64,000 nucleotides of DNA from Raillietiella orientalis (GCA_036172245.1 JAYWIR010000009.1:620001-684000); one strand, 5' to 3'. Shown: positions 1 through 12,803, counted from the stretch's first letter. The notes: generated by a model from the letters alone, not told the origin. Numbers and translations are program-made.

Positions 1-1134
1 CTCATGCATGAGGGTTTCACGGAACTGCAAGCAAAGGAAACAGAAGCTTTGAGATCTTGTGTTCAGCATCCCTATGATTTAGGTGAAGTATGTTTGTCAT
101 TGCTTGATGAATGGGAATTTCAGAAACTTTAAGTTTACGAATATGAGATGAGACATCATCAGAATCGATTATTGCATGAGGAATCACTGTGTTCGTTGTA
201 GTTGGTAACATCACTGCTGGTTTCACTATGCTGGTTGTACAGCACATTCATTAGAAAGAGTAATAGACTGTGTGGCTTGTGTAGAACCAGGAACCGAGCA
301 AAAGTTGAGGAAGAGGAGCGGTACTTGTTAGCACAAGAGTGATTCCTCATTTCTGTTCGATTTTATAGCAAGTGATTGGTGCGGAGGAGATGCAATTGGC
401 GTGCGTGGATCCTGTCGGATACTAGGAAGCTAAGCGCTAATATTTCTGAAAGGTTTGTAAGGATGGCTGCATGCAATTGATGAGCAAATGCTGTAATTAG
501 TGGTGTTTCTCTCTGGTGAAGGATAACATTGGTTTGGATTCTTTTACATACATTACTTTTGTGTTACTCTGTGTCATTGCTGAGGCAATTGTGGAATTCT
601 AGAAGTTATGAAATGCTGATTCACTATTGCAAGTTTTCTGCTACAAAGTGAACGGGAAGAAGTTCATCATGGGATCGTGACTCTGTGTTCTGCAGTTGAT
701 CATGTAGAAATCCTCTTATTTCTAATATTGAATTGGTGCCAGTTCATCACGCTGCTTCGTAGTTCTTCAGACTGATCATTTGTGAATCAGTGAATAGTGA
801 CCTTTGCACGGATTGCATGTTTCAATAGTACTGTGTTGTCGGATAGTTTCTTAAGGGAGAAACTGTTGATTACTTAATTTTGATATTATTATCAAACTCA
901 TATTAGAGGGGATAATTATGATTGTTTGGAGTTTTTCTTTAGTATATTCTATTTTGCAGTAATGCTTTTGGAATATTGCTTTCTAGATTTGGTACTTCTG
1001 TAAGTTCTGTTTGACGGAAAATTTGTAGTAGACAAGCATGGTTGACAAAAAGTTGTTGCCTACGAAATAGGAATCGCCTGTTGGAGAATCCTCGCGGTCT
1101 GTTTATCGGCTTGCATAGTTGAATTGGCGACAAC

Positions 1135-4100
1135 ATGTTGTCTAGTGCTATTAAAGAAGGGAGTTATACTGTTACCGTTTATAATTTGGTAAGTTTTCTG
1201 TGAGTGATAAATTGTAAGCTCATGATGTGTTTGTTATTGGTTTGTAAATTTGCGCATAATACGTTACACTTTTCAGATTAAAGAAAAGAAATTTAACGAG
1301 GCTGTCAGTGTTTTGAGTTTTATGTTGGAATCTAATGAAAATGTAAGTCCTTTTAATTTGGTGGTAAGAAGCACTTCTTGGCACTTCGTTGAGTTTTTTC
1401 AGCACAGCAAGGTTTGATTTATTTTTACTGTGGTTGTGTTTTGCACTCATTCCTCACCCTTTTCAGATTGCACTATGACATTTGGATCTTATTTTAAGTG
1501 TTTTTATCATTTCTTCCTTTTGTACATGCTGTAGTCATGACATTTTTCAGTCTAGAGCGATATTATCCATTTTGGCCTTCTGCTACTATAACCTTCAAAA
1601 CTATGTACTCGCAGCAGACTGCTACGAAAAGTTGTACCAACTTAATCAAGATGTCTCCATGTATAATTTGTATTATGCACAGTGCTTGTATCAAACCAGA
1701 CTGCTCGATGAAGCATTCAAAGTCACTTTGCAGATCGAAAATCCAGACCTTGCAAAACAGGTATTACATTAGATATTCTTTATTTTGTATAATGATATTG
1801 CTTAGTCTGTTAGTTGTATCAATAAGCCTTGAAACTGGTACTTCACAAATGAACACCATAAACTGGTAACTTCACAAAAAACGCTCCTACCAATATTAAG
1901 CCTTCTACTCCTAACCCCTCATCCCCCATTCTAACAATCAACCTATCTTCTACAAAATTAGTAACACCAATTAAAAACCATAAAGATCTAAAGACCATAT
2001 AAGTAAATATACAAACCTAGCTCTAAATTGCTCACCTCTCATTTCCTATCAATTCGTTAGCACTGTTATCATGCTACTAACTCACTCATATTAGTTAATT
2101 TAGTAAAGCATCGGTGTAATACAGCAGTAGAGTTTATTATTGTGGATTGTGTTTTCATTTTTATAAACTGTGGGATTGTATTGTAACATCATTATGGAAA
2201 GGGATTTAATTTGCAAGTCAGCCAAAAGGTCAGAAGACACCTTATTTGGCTTCACGTTAAGTAAATCAAGTGAACATAATTTTTGAAATATGTATACTTG
2301 ATTTCCTTTTTATTATTTCATGGTGATGATGTCTGCTTCCACAGCTCTGTAATCTTCATATGTTCACATTTGTGGTGCTAGATTAACTCACTGATTGTCA
2401 GAAATTTAGCATTTGAAGTGACAACAGTGTGATCATTGGCAACTGAAGTGTGCTTCTTGTTCATATGCTTGTACTTTCAAAAATGGAAATGCCACTTTCT
2501 TGGGCTTCGCTTGCATGTGCAGTGGATAAATGTTTTTCAGGTTCTCAAGCTACAAGCAGCAATCAAGTATGCTCAAGATGACCTAAGTTCTGCTCACAGG
2601 TACCTTGCTAGTTTTCCTGAAGCTGACCCTGATAAGGAGAATAACACTGGATGCATCTTGTACAAAGATGGACAGTACGATAAAGCATGTGAGAAATTTC
2701 AAGCTGCCCAGCAACAATTGGGTTTCAATGCTCAGCTGTCCTATAACATATCTTTGTGTTATTATCGAATGGGTCAACATGCTTTGGCTTTACAGCACAT
2801 TGGTTAGTTGTCCACAAAGATGCATTTATGTTTCATAGATACATTGTAGTGGACGTTATAGAGCATGGGGTGCAGAACTTCCCAGAACTGGGTGTAGGTT
2901 TAACTACAGAAGGTGTCCAAGTACCTAGTGTGGGCAATTCTCTACTTCTACACCAAACAGCTCTGATTGAGGCTTTCAATTTGAAAGCTGCAGTAGAATA
3001 TCAGTTAAAGAATTGTAGAGATGACTATTAACATTTCAAAGCACTGATGCATGCTTCAGATAGAGCTGCACAAGATGCTTTGACAGATATGCCCCCTCGC
3101 CTGGAACCAGAATTGGATGCTGTAACACTTCACAATCAGGCTCTGATTTATATGGATACTAATCCATCAGAAGGCTTTGAGAAGCTGCAGTTTTTACTTT
3201 CCCAGGATCCATTTCCACCTGAAACTTTTTCCAACTTGTTGCTTCTTTACTGTCGTTATGGTTATTATGACCTGGCTGCTGACGTTTTGGCAGAAAATGC
3301 CCACCTGACATACCAGTATTTAAGCCCAGTAGGTGTACCTACATATTTTTATCATCTATGAACATATTTTCATCATCTCTAATTAGTTTTTATATGACTT
3401 TCTGGATGCACTCATCACTCAACAGACTTGCCCAGAAGATGCATATGAAAAGCTGGAGCTACTGTTGCTTCAGCAGGTGGATGAATTGTGTCGGTTGAGC
3501 CGTCAGGTTCAGGATGCGAGGCAGTTGAAAGATGAAAATGCTGTGCACAATGCCATCACTCAGTATGAGGAAGTGTTGGACCGGTAGGCAGTAAAGCTTT
3601 GATATAGATTTCATGCTCTCTTGTGATAGATACATCCCTGTATTGATGGCCCAGGCACATATTCCATGGGAGCAGAAACAATACGCTCAAGTGGAACAGA
3701 TCTTTCGTACATCTGTGGAATTCTGCAGTGATAATGATATATGGCGCCTTAATGTAGCACATGTTCTTTTCATGCAGGAAGATAAATACAAAGAGGCTGT
3801 ATGTTTATATGAGCCATTAGTGAGACAGCACTATGATAAGGTGAGAGAACCCATGACTACAATTGTTTTATCAGCATGCTCCCAGATTTTAGATGTGAGT
3901 GCTGTTGTGTTAGCTAATTTGTGTGTTTCCTACATCATGATATCACAAAATGAGGAGGCTGAGGAATTGATGCACCTGTTAGAGAAGGAAGAGGAGGAAT
4001 TAGTGGCCTCAGATCCTAACTGCAAAGTATACCATTTGTGTATTGTGAATCTTGTCATTGGGTAAACCTCCAAAGGACTATGAATTTATTTTCCTCAGAA

Positions 4101-4526
4101 CTTTGTATTGTTCCAAGGGAAATTACGAATTTGGGATCTCACGCATCATCAAAAGTTTGGAACCTTATCCTAGGAAGTTGAGTCCTGATACATGGTGAAT
4201 TTTTTGTCATGGATGTATATGTTGTTCATATAAGATGCACAGGTTCTATGTTAAGAGGTGCTTTCTTTCATTCTTGGAAAGCTTAGCAAAGCATGTGACG
4301 TTTGTCAAGGATTCCCTGATACAGGAATGTATTGAATTTCTAGAAGAATGTGAAGGCAAGTGCAAGATAGTGAAGCTAGAGTTTGTTTGTTTTCATTTTA
4401 GTACATGGGGAAAATGTGAAAACTTCCCTGGAATTATCTTTGGGAGAAGGCATCACACCTGGAAAAAATACAGTTACTTATGAAGCAAGATATTTGAATT
4501 ATTTGTTTCGGAAGTATTGTTTATGA
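1135..4526 (+). CDS. TTC30: Tetratricopeptide repeat protein 30 / intraflagellar transport protein 70 (dyf-1/fleer orthologue), 12 exons, 647 aa
   Basis: Exons 1135-1188, 1277-1342, 1551-1760, 2541-2802, 2850-3014, 3060-3328, 3387-3583, 3630-3840, 3886-4061, 4099-4194, 4243-4355, 4402-4526 join in frame (1944 nt). Recognisable blocks: IKEGSYTVTVYNLIKE, SRAILSILAFCYY, ALIEAFNLKAAVEY, ALTDMPPR..ELDAVTLHNQAL, NLLLLYC.YGYYDLAADVLAEN, VLANLCVSYIM.SQNEEAEELM, HLCIVNLVIGTLYCSKGNYEFGISR, GKNTVTYEAR. All introns are GT-AG except 4356-4401 (GC-AG). Confidence 0.96.
1843..2050 (-). pseudogene. nad4: Nuclear mitochondrial insertion (NUMT) of part of nad4, inside TTC30 intron 3
   Basis: Minus strand in invertebrate mitochondrial code reads MFTYMVFSSLWFLIGVTNFVEDSLIVSMGDEGLGVEGLMLVGAFFVKLPVYGVHLW(TGA), matching the ND4 motif AF.VK.P.YG.HLW. 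Upstream GNE..EQFSAS (frameshifted) resembles WGNQ.ER..A. Strong GT skew unlike the rest of the intron. Confidence 0.82.
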
Positions 4527-4614
4527 ATTCATGAAAACAAGTGAACAGTGTTTCTGCTGTCTCAATTTTGCTGATGTCAGTGGGTTGCTCATTATTTGGG
4601 AAGTGACTGGCATC

Positions 4615-4650
4615 AATAAATTCATGATGTATTTTCTATGTACTAATAAA
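4615..4650 (+). promoter_or_regulatory. Candidate polyadenylation signals of TTC30
   Basis: AATAAA at 4615-4620 and 4645-4650, about 90-120 nt after the stop codon. Confidence 0.45.
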
Positions 4651-5678
4651 AGTTTACTATCGCTATTTTGGAATTAAATCACAGTTCTCTGCTGTGAATA
4701 TTGTAATGTTGAAAACGGGACCACTCTCAAGGTAAATATTCTTGAATTTATTTAGAGATTCGCGGTTATCATTCCACTGCAATCAGCAGAGCAAGGTGCT
4801 TTTGCAAGTGACCAGGTATTCCAGGAGATAATATCTTTCAGATGGTCAGTATTAGTTTTCATAGCCTGAAATAATCCCCAATGCAATACAAACATGAAAG
4901 AAAACGCCAATTGATTTGACTGTTCGTTAAACCGAATAGAAGTTCTTTATTTGAATGAGGAGTTCTTGACGTTTGCGGTTTTAAAATGTCCTCAGCACTA
5001 TTTTCGTTTTGAGCCCAGTGATTGTTTCGATGCAGTTTCATATCGGAGATGGCCCTGCTCAAAGGTCGGTATATGGTTTAAATCCCTGAAAAGGAAAAAC
5101 TCGATGAAAGAAAGCTTCTAAAGTTTACCAAATCGAGCGATCTCAGACGCTGTGGTCAGCAAGTTCGTGAAAAAGAAAAAAAGAAACGCTTCGTGTACGA
5201 TTCTCACCTCACCCGGAAGACGATCTTCCAGCCTGCAGTGGTTTTTTATGAAGAACCATCCATGATTCACCTGCTGTTTTGACGCTGTTCTGAGCTGCTC
5301 GACACTTTTTGCCATGCAATGGAAATGATTTAAAAATGCACCGAGGAGGACGAAAGTATTTCATTTGTAAAGAGAAGATCGGCAGTGTGCCTCATTATTT
5401 TTCCTGCTTTTGCGGTTCCGTTATCGGGAACGATCTGAGAACGATAAGGAAGTCCCCAGCCAGTCTGAGTCAACTGAACTAAGAGCTCCTTCGACCATGA
5501 GCTGGATTTGAAGTCAAAAGCGTATCGAGTCACTCAGTGATGCCAAAACCGGATGTTGAAAACTGGCATCGGAACTGGTTGGCCATCGATCGGGGCCATT
5601 TTATAAGCTTTGCCCATGTCGAAATGCTGATAAGATGGAAGCCAGAAGTTTTTCAGATCATCAGACAGCATAGACATC

Positions 5679-5714
5679 AGACGACGGAACATCCGTCTGG
5701 ATGTTCCGTCGTCT
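5679..5714. repeat. Perfect hairpin, 16-bp stem and 4-nt loop
   Basis: AGACGACGGAACATCC-GTCT-GGATGTTCCGTCGTCT; the arms are exact reverse complements. Confidence 0.9.
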
Positions 5715-6369
5715 TACTCCTGGTTCCTTTTAAATTTTGGATGCCCGAAGGAGCAAAAGGAAATTCGACGAAACAATCTTTTCCTAATTCCATTGCTTGG
5801 GTTGAAGACCTTTGGAATCCTTTTTGCAAATGGTGGAATAACGCATTTGCAAAAATTGTAGATATTACAAAGCATTTGCAAGAAGGGTCAAGAAGAGTTG
5901 ATCCTCCTCAGAGAACTGAATTTTCGGATCCAAAGCGATCTCGAGAATTATCTCGGCGAAACAACACTGATATCTGAACACTTCATGGCTCCTGAATACA
6001 GGCTGCAGGAGCTCAACCATCATAAATGCAATCGGCAGTTCTTTAGAACGCTGTTCGTTGTTGACAGCGAAGCTACTTTTTGCTGTAAAGTTATGGAAAA
6101 CTCTTCATGCATCTGATGTGACCCGATGAATTTTGAAAGGCTTCGCCATTCGATGGTTAGCATGGCTGTAATGAGCAAAAGTTCTGCTGGCATCACACGC
6201 GTGGAAAGCAGAATGGGAGCATGGGTCCTCAATATCCAATGGCCCTCTATTCTTCGGATATCCCTCGTACGACGACTTCGGTAGCTGGCTCTTGTGTTAT
6301 TCATGTATATATAAAAAGAAGAGGCCACCCATTATGTCCTGAACGATGTCCTCTTCATAGTCATGTCAC

Positions 6370-7120
6370 AACATAACATCTGGACATGCTAAGGAGCCGA
6401 CTATTTTCCTCTATTGCTTTTATTTCTGCATCACTTCAAAAATGAAGCGATCTTTTAGAAAAGACAAATCGCTCATACGGAACATATCAAATATAATGAA
6501 GCCACTCTGATCACCTTGAGATTTTGGAGTCGTCTATTAAATTCATATGTAAAGAAATTGGGACCACGTGCAATTTGCGGTAGCGATCTCTCTCGCTACA
6601 TTCTTTGCTCTGTTCCATTCTTTTTCTTATAGATATTACAATTGCTGGAAACCAAGTAAGTCCAATCTTATTTTAAGGGCAACAAGATGAAGACATGTTC
6701 AATACTCAGCGCGTTCAAGATATTTTGTCTTTGCAGTGTTGAATTTATGAATTAGATCTTTAAATATGTCGAAAAATCACAGTCACTTATTTAAAACACA
6801 TTATCTTATTGAGAGTGAATTTCTCCTGACTGGAAAATGGCCTTATTTACAGATAACAGATCCAAGGATGACCTCATATGCTGTCAGTCTCCGGATTCGC
6901 GGTGAAATCTGGCACTCCCTGAGGTTTTGTCGGGTTATTCAAAAAGGAAATTAGATCTTCGACGAATCGGATCTCTTACTTAAATAGAAGTATCTTCTAA
7001 TGAGAACATTTCAGCATTTTTCCAAGTGAATGCTGCCAAGCATCACGCGCCAGAAAAGTGGCTTCCAGGGTTACAAAGAGTCCTCCTTGCTCTTGCACAG
7101 CTCCATGAAACTCATTTTGT
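6370..7120 (+). pseudogene. Putative endogenous viral element: decayed N-terminal part of a Mononegavirales/chuvirus-like L (RdRp) gene
   Basis: Across frameshifts, motifs occur in L-protein order: LDMLRSRLF (~6380), YGTYQI/MKPL (~6476-6507), EFLLTGKWPYL (~6817-6849), WHSLRF (~6910), DESDLL..RSI (~6961-6995), PGLQRVLLALAQL (~7065-7103). No premotif A (KEREL K) or GDN core seen. Flanking 5150-6370 and 7120-8040 also look like decayed coding DNA. Confidence 0.4.
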
Positions 7121-8129
7121 GTGCGATCACAAGCGGAGCATCAGTCTGCTGTAATCATCACGAACGATTTATGCAGTCGAATGCTCTCATCCATCTCTTA
7201 AATGCCTGCTTCCTCTTCCCTTGAAAGTCGAGTTTGGCAGCCGTCAACGAGCCCTTGCCGATGCAGGAGATTGGCTAAGAAGTGTGATCCCGGGAGGCGA
7301 CTTAGACGGAGATGAAGAATGGACAAGGATTCCAGCATGCTGCGCCGATAGAGGAGAGAAATCTGAAACAGATTCTCAACACGTTCGCTAGGGCATTTCT
7401 GACCCGTTTACATGTTGATTGAGGAAACTAACTCCATTTGCTTAAAATCTTTGAAGAAACAGCAGACAGTCACAGGCACATCCAGTATGAGATAGGCACC
7501 ATGCAAACAAGATCACTCAATCGCAACTCTTCGTGTTTTTTTGCATATCTTTAAGCGGGTTTTGCTTACTTAGAGAGGAATTTCTCTGAGAGATCAGCAG
7601 AGAAAAAAACAAGAGCCCTCTCATTCTCAGGAAGATGCTTTAGGTGCTCTTTTTCCTTACCTCTCAGATCTTGGTGAGCACCTTTGGATGCCATTCCGTG
7701 TGATATCTTCTGTATCAAGATACTGGAGGGTGTCTTAACAAAGCCACTGGCTCCTCTTTGGTCATTTATAGAAGAGAATTGTTCTTCTCTCAACCCTTCT
7801 GGGAGGAAATGATGACCCTCGCTCTCGTAAACGATTCTTCCTTATGGCACAGATCGATGCGCAGTCTACAAGAGTACAAACATCGGCTTCCACTCTTCTG
7901 AAAGATCAGAGCTGCGTTATTAAAATCCGGTGCAGTGCAGCAGTTTTGGAGCACTGTGGATGTGGATCTTGACCCCTACGAGGAAATTCTCAGGGAACCA
8001 GGCACGTGGCTACAGAAAGACTTGCATCTGCGTTTTGACAGCTCCAAGATGTCTGCTTTTTAATGGTTGTTTGCACTCATTAGAGTGGGATTGAAAAGTC
8101 AATTTATACGAGGGAAGAGGAAACATTGT

Positions 8130-8868
8130 TCTGAATTGCAACTGACCCACTAGGCTATCGCAAGCTGTCTGCACGTTGGGTCCCGAAAGTGTTGACAGAG
8201 GCTCACGAAAACTAGAAATTGCCATTTGGGCATCTGCTTTCTGGGACCACTTTCATAGAGAGGGAGGCGGGCATTTTTTCCCACATCGTGACTGGTGACG
8301 GAGCGTGGATCTTCTATGCCATCGCCGAGTCAAAACAACAGCCCATGCAGTGGCGTCGTTCAAGTTCACCCACGTTTAGAAAGTTAAAGCAAACCCAGTC
8401 TCGAACACGGATCATAGCATCTGTGTCCTGGGACCAAAAGGGTGTGCCTTTGGTGGTCTTTGTGGAGCTCGGAACAACCATCACTTCGCAAGTTTACTGT
8501 GGAACACTTTCAAAACTGCGGCGTCTCATTCCGAACCGACGACGTGGAGTGCTGAGGTCAGGAATTGTTCTTCTCCTTCACGACAGCGCGCGCCTTGGCA
8601 ACACATGCTGTCCGCACATTCCGGACAATTCGGAAATTGAAATGGGAACTTTTTGATCACCCGGTCCTGACCTCGCTCCCAGTGACTACCACGTCTTCCT
8701 GCACCTCCAGAAGTGGCTCAGCGATTCGAGGAAAGGGAGGAGGAGTTGGAAACTGCAGTGTTGAACTGGCTGAAACCCCAGGCGGAGAAATTTGATTCAG
8801 AGGGTTTCAAAAAGCTTCTACGGTATCCAAAGTGTTTGGAAAAAAATGGTGACTACGTAGAAAAATGA
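8130..8868 (+). mobile_element. Decayed Tc1/mariner-family transposase (mariner type)
   Basis: LGYRKLSARWVPKVLT, IVTGD.AWIFY, ESKQQ.MQW, LLHDSAR, PDLAPSDYHVF (frameshifted), KCLEKNGDYVEK-stop at 8868. Stops and frameshifts present; no TIRs identified. Confidence 0.93.
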
Positions 8869-8950
8869 TATGGGGATGTACGTGTTTAGAACCACAAATG
8901 CATTTTGGCTTCTCTTATTTGTTAATCGTTGTCTCACATACTAAACAGAG

Positions 8951-9580
8951 ACACGTTCCTCTGTCCATGGCACGCCACAACGCGATTCAAGAGATAATCA
9001 GAAAGGTCGCAGTGGATGAAGCGAAATGGACCCTTTTCTCAAGCAGCCAGAGAGATCCAAGAACAAATTTCCTCCTAAAATCGGATCTAGTAATGGAAAA
9101 AGGCAACCAGGTATTCGTGTTGGACGTCCGCTGCCCATACGAAAATGGAAGAGAGGCGTTCAGCACAGCCAGAAGAAGCAAAGAAGTAAAATACAAGGAG
9201 GCATCCCTACAACTGGGAAGAGAGGGAAAGTAATGCAAGGTACATGCATTCATCGTTGTCTCTCTGGGAGTCTGGGATCCAGGAAATGACAAAATACTGC
9301 AAGATCTTGGAATTTCAAAGAATGAATTGGTGGAACTGAGTACCAGATGGTGGCTTCGTGCATCCGATGCTCCAGCGATATCTATGCAGTCCACGTAGCA
9401 CGGAAAGGCGACAACCAGCCGGATAACCCCAGCGGGACGGTCTTACCATACGGAGGACAGGAAGCGGAAGAAGCAAAATGAAGGGGCGGCGTGCGCCCCA
9501 GATGAACAGAGGAGGAACTGCGGAAGAATGTCCAGAGTTCCTACCTGTGAGCTGTTATATAACTTCAATATGAACAATAA
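8951..9580 (+). mobile_element. 3' end of a REL-endonuclease non-LTR retrotransposon (R2/NeSL/R4 group)
   Basis: ARHNAIQ, LKSDLV (PD-like), VFVLDVRCPYENG, RRSKEVKY, then AFIVVSLGVWDPGNDKIL..LGI after a stop. Followed by a 3' UTR with AATAAA near 9575. Confidence 0.88.
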
Positions 9581-10242
9581 AGTTTCTCTAGTTTGTTCTT
9601 TCTTTACATCCGATCCGTTTTTACTTTTAAGATGCGCCTCGTATGTGTCGCCTGAAGGATAAAATTGGCTTCTCGGAAACTTCAGAAGACCTGAAGTCCC
9701 AGGAAAGCTGTCCATTCGATTTCGGTGAGGTAAGCAACGTTATTCATTCTTATTTTTCTGGAGAGAAGAAATTGCAGGTTCACGTGGGCACTGTCGTGAC
9801 CAAAAGCTCTGAAGACTGCAGCGTTTCGTGATGCAGGCCCTTTGTGATCGAAGTCACAGAAGTCGGAGATGCATTTGAGAGAGTAACTGATCTGAAGAAT
9901 ATAAGAATAAGAATAACTCTTTCTGAAGAATCAGTTCCAATTCTGCAGTGATGTCTATGTGGACCTGGGGAGAGTGTCCATAACTGTGTTTGCTGATCCG
10001 CTTTGGATGTGACGAGAGATAGGCTGCCCCATCCTTGTTTTTTTTTCTTCAGTCTCTTGATTCGGTGCTCTCAAGAACACGCAGAGATAATCCAAGATGC
10101 GTCAGCGCACGACCTGCCTCTCGTTTGAGTCTTCTTTTTCACCCATCCACATTGTGCATCCGTCCTGAACCTCTGCCGCACGTTTTTTCTTGGAGTTCAT
10201 CGTTCGCTTCCATGATTTGGAAAGGCCGTAGTCTCAAGTCCT

Positions 10243-10560
10243 CTCCAAAAGGCGTTTGAGAGCGCAAAACCAGAAACTCTTTTCACAGCCCCTAGCATGC
10301 GAACCCTGCTGGTCTACTTCTGTTCTCCAGGGAGATGCGTTTATTAATATGTTTCCAGCAAGCGTCCCAGGGCAGAGGTACAGAATCGGGCAAGAAGGCG
10401 GCACGAGTCTTGTGATGTTCCACATCTTTAAGTTTTTGCTGATTGCACGTAGGAAAACTCTGGAGACCCTGCCGTAGCGCATGACCTTGCACGCTGACGT
10501 GGAGGCTGTCTACGCGGATGACCCGCTTCTCCTGTTTGCCAATAACTGCTCTGGTGGGTA
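10243..10560 (+). mobile_element. Decayed reverse transcriptase fragment of an APE-type (Tx1/L1-like) non-LTR retrotransposon
   Basis: LQKAFES (KAFDS-like) at 10243, RIGQEGGTSLVMF (RQGDPLSPLLF-like), AVYADD at 10505-10522. Aligns by eye with the minus-strand copy at 14330-14538. Confidence 0.7.
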
Positions 10561-12803
10561 TCTCAGGGCGTTATTCCAGTTGATCCTCCGAAGAGCGGTT
10601 GTGTGTTTTCAACCGGATGAAGCCCGGGGCAGCCCCCACCGATGCAGGGGAAGGGGGGCGCGCAATCCTATTGGATGAGTTTGGAGATCATCTCAGGCGG
10701 TTGTCTGTGCTTATGGGTGACTTCAGAGTTGCAATATCATGGTATCGCTGACTTTGAAAGAAGGCACTGACTCTGTTCCGGGACGGCAAGCACCTCTTGA
10801 AGGACAGAGACTTTATCCAGAACATCTCTGTTGTTCCCCCGCCTCTGCACTCTCCTTTTGTCTACCACCTTCCCTGCAAAGCAAGACGAAGGAAGGTCTA
10901 GCGGTCTTTTGTGGTAAGTAATGCAGAGCCCTGAAAGGCCCAAAGTCCAACTCGAAGATGATGTTGCTCCATACTGGGATGAAGGGCTCGGTAAATCTCG
11001 TTGAAGAGGACAGAGCCACAACTCGATTTCCCAAGGTTGGTATTGGCAGCCGAGGCTTGCATGCGGCACCGGGGTATTTTTGCATCCCTGATATCCTCCG
11101 GCCCGTGGTCCTCTGCAAACTTCAACTAGTATGCAGTGGAATGAAGCCCATTGGCTGAGATGAACAACCTATCTCCTGGGTATGCAGCAACTCGTCGTTT
11201 CAAGGTCCACTCACGCACCATGATGCATGGAGATGGACATGTGGGCTAGTGGCACGCGGACCCATCTCCGAGTTTGTTCATTCTTTCTGGAAGCTGGGAA
11301 GAGTGTCGGGAAGAGATCCGACTAGGCTCAAGGAAGTGATAAGCAGTTACTCCTATTTAATTAATCGTGGAGCTGCACTCCTGATGGGGGAAGGACGGGA
11401 GTTGCCAACCGGCATTTTTTTCCCAATCGTCGGATTCCTGTACGGATTGTCGGACAGCTCGATTCTGCGGAAATGACTCGTCTACCGGCCTGACCTCCCA
11501 GTTCCTCTGCTGAAATTGAGAGCATCATGGCAATCCCGCGGCGAGTCGGACGTGCGTCAGCATCTGCGGGAATCCGCGCGCCTCTCATCCTCCACGGAGG
11601 GAAAGGTGGCGAAGTAGCCCTTTCCTCTTTCACAGGCTGACAATAAAGATGCGAGAGTGCGTCTTAGAGGGAGCCGGCCTACTTGATTCGCCTGGGGATC
11701 CCCACGGGCAGTACTATGAGTACCTAGGCGTTCCATTGGGCGACTACTGCTGAGCAGAAGCGAGGTCGGACTGCCTTCAGAATGCGGAAATGCCTTTCGG
11801 CCCGTTCCTCGATGGCAATTCGTCTTGCAGGCACGGACCATTATCCTGCTTCGTGCCTCTCCTACTCTGCTCCTTATTTTTTGTTCTCCCTCCTCCTTAT
11901 TAGATGAAGATCCGAGCGCAGCGCCTCCTCAGGAAAGGCCTATGAAGAGCTGCAAGGTCTTGGATCCGCCTAAAGAACTTGATGAGCCTCACCAGGATTC
12001 CGACTTGGGCATCATAACCATCCACGAAGTGGTACTGCAGGTGAAGCCTCGTCTTTTGACACTCTGCTCCAAATTGTGGACCCTTCTTTAGTGCGTTCCA
12101 GCACTCCTCATGCCTCGAAGATGCACCAGCAAAGAAGGACTTCTTTCGTTGCTGCCACACAGCCGTCACACAATGAGAGTGAATCTAGTATCCCCTGAGG
12201 CGTCTGTCCTCACTCCCGGAATCCATACCCTGGACTCCCTATCAGCCTAAGAAATGGGATGCCTAAAGGCAGGAGGCATTGGAGTCATGCACTGCCACTC
12301 CGCAAGTGCACCCACAGGAACGGCGACCGCTGCAGAATCTCCTACGTAAGCAGCTAAAAGATACCTTGTATGACTGGACGCGGTGGCCTCGGATAGCTGT
12401 CTCACCCCTTGCCACAGCACTATGTGCTCTCAGAGCGAACGATGACGGCAGCCAACCAGTAGGGTGGGAGTTCTCCTGCAGCATTGCAGGAGTCGAGAAA
12501 CTCCTGGACGGCTGCAAGACGAGCGATTTGGTAAACTCCGTCACTCCTCTTTTCCTGGAGAAGGGCTCCTCCAATGAAGTGACCTGCTTGGTTTAACACC
12601 CGGTAACGCCGTGACGTTTATTATAAAAAATAATAAACATACATGTTTAGGGTCATCGGCCCTACATCGTACGAAAATGTTCGGAACCTGCCGAGTAACC
12701 GGCACGCAGGCTGACGAGGTTCGCCACGGCAGCAGAGGGGCAGAGGGCAAACAAAAATAAAAAGCAATAATAAAAAGTTTCTATGGGGCACGGGAAGCCA
12801 TCA

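Noticed and set aside
1..350. Divergent minus-strand gene upstream of TTC30
   Set aside because: Only short ORFs without recognisable motifs; cannot be supported from this window.
6323..6331. GHP tripeptide as the conserved L-protein GHP motif
   Set aside because: Out of order and too far from GKWP relative to the other motifs.
12670..12725. Hammerhead/HDV-like ribozyme in a retroelement 5' UTR (GAAA ... CTGACGAG)
   Set aside because: Could not build stems II/III with a UH site or an HDV pseudoknot, and it is not shared by the other 5' UTR copies.
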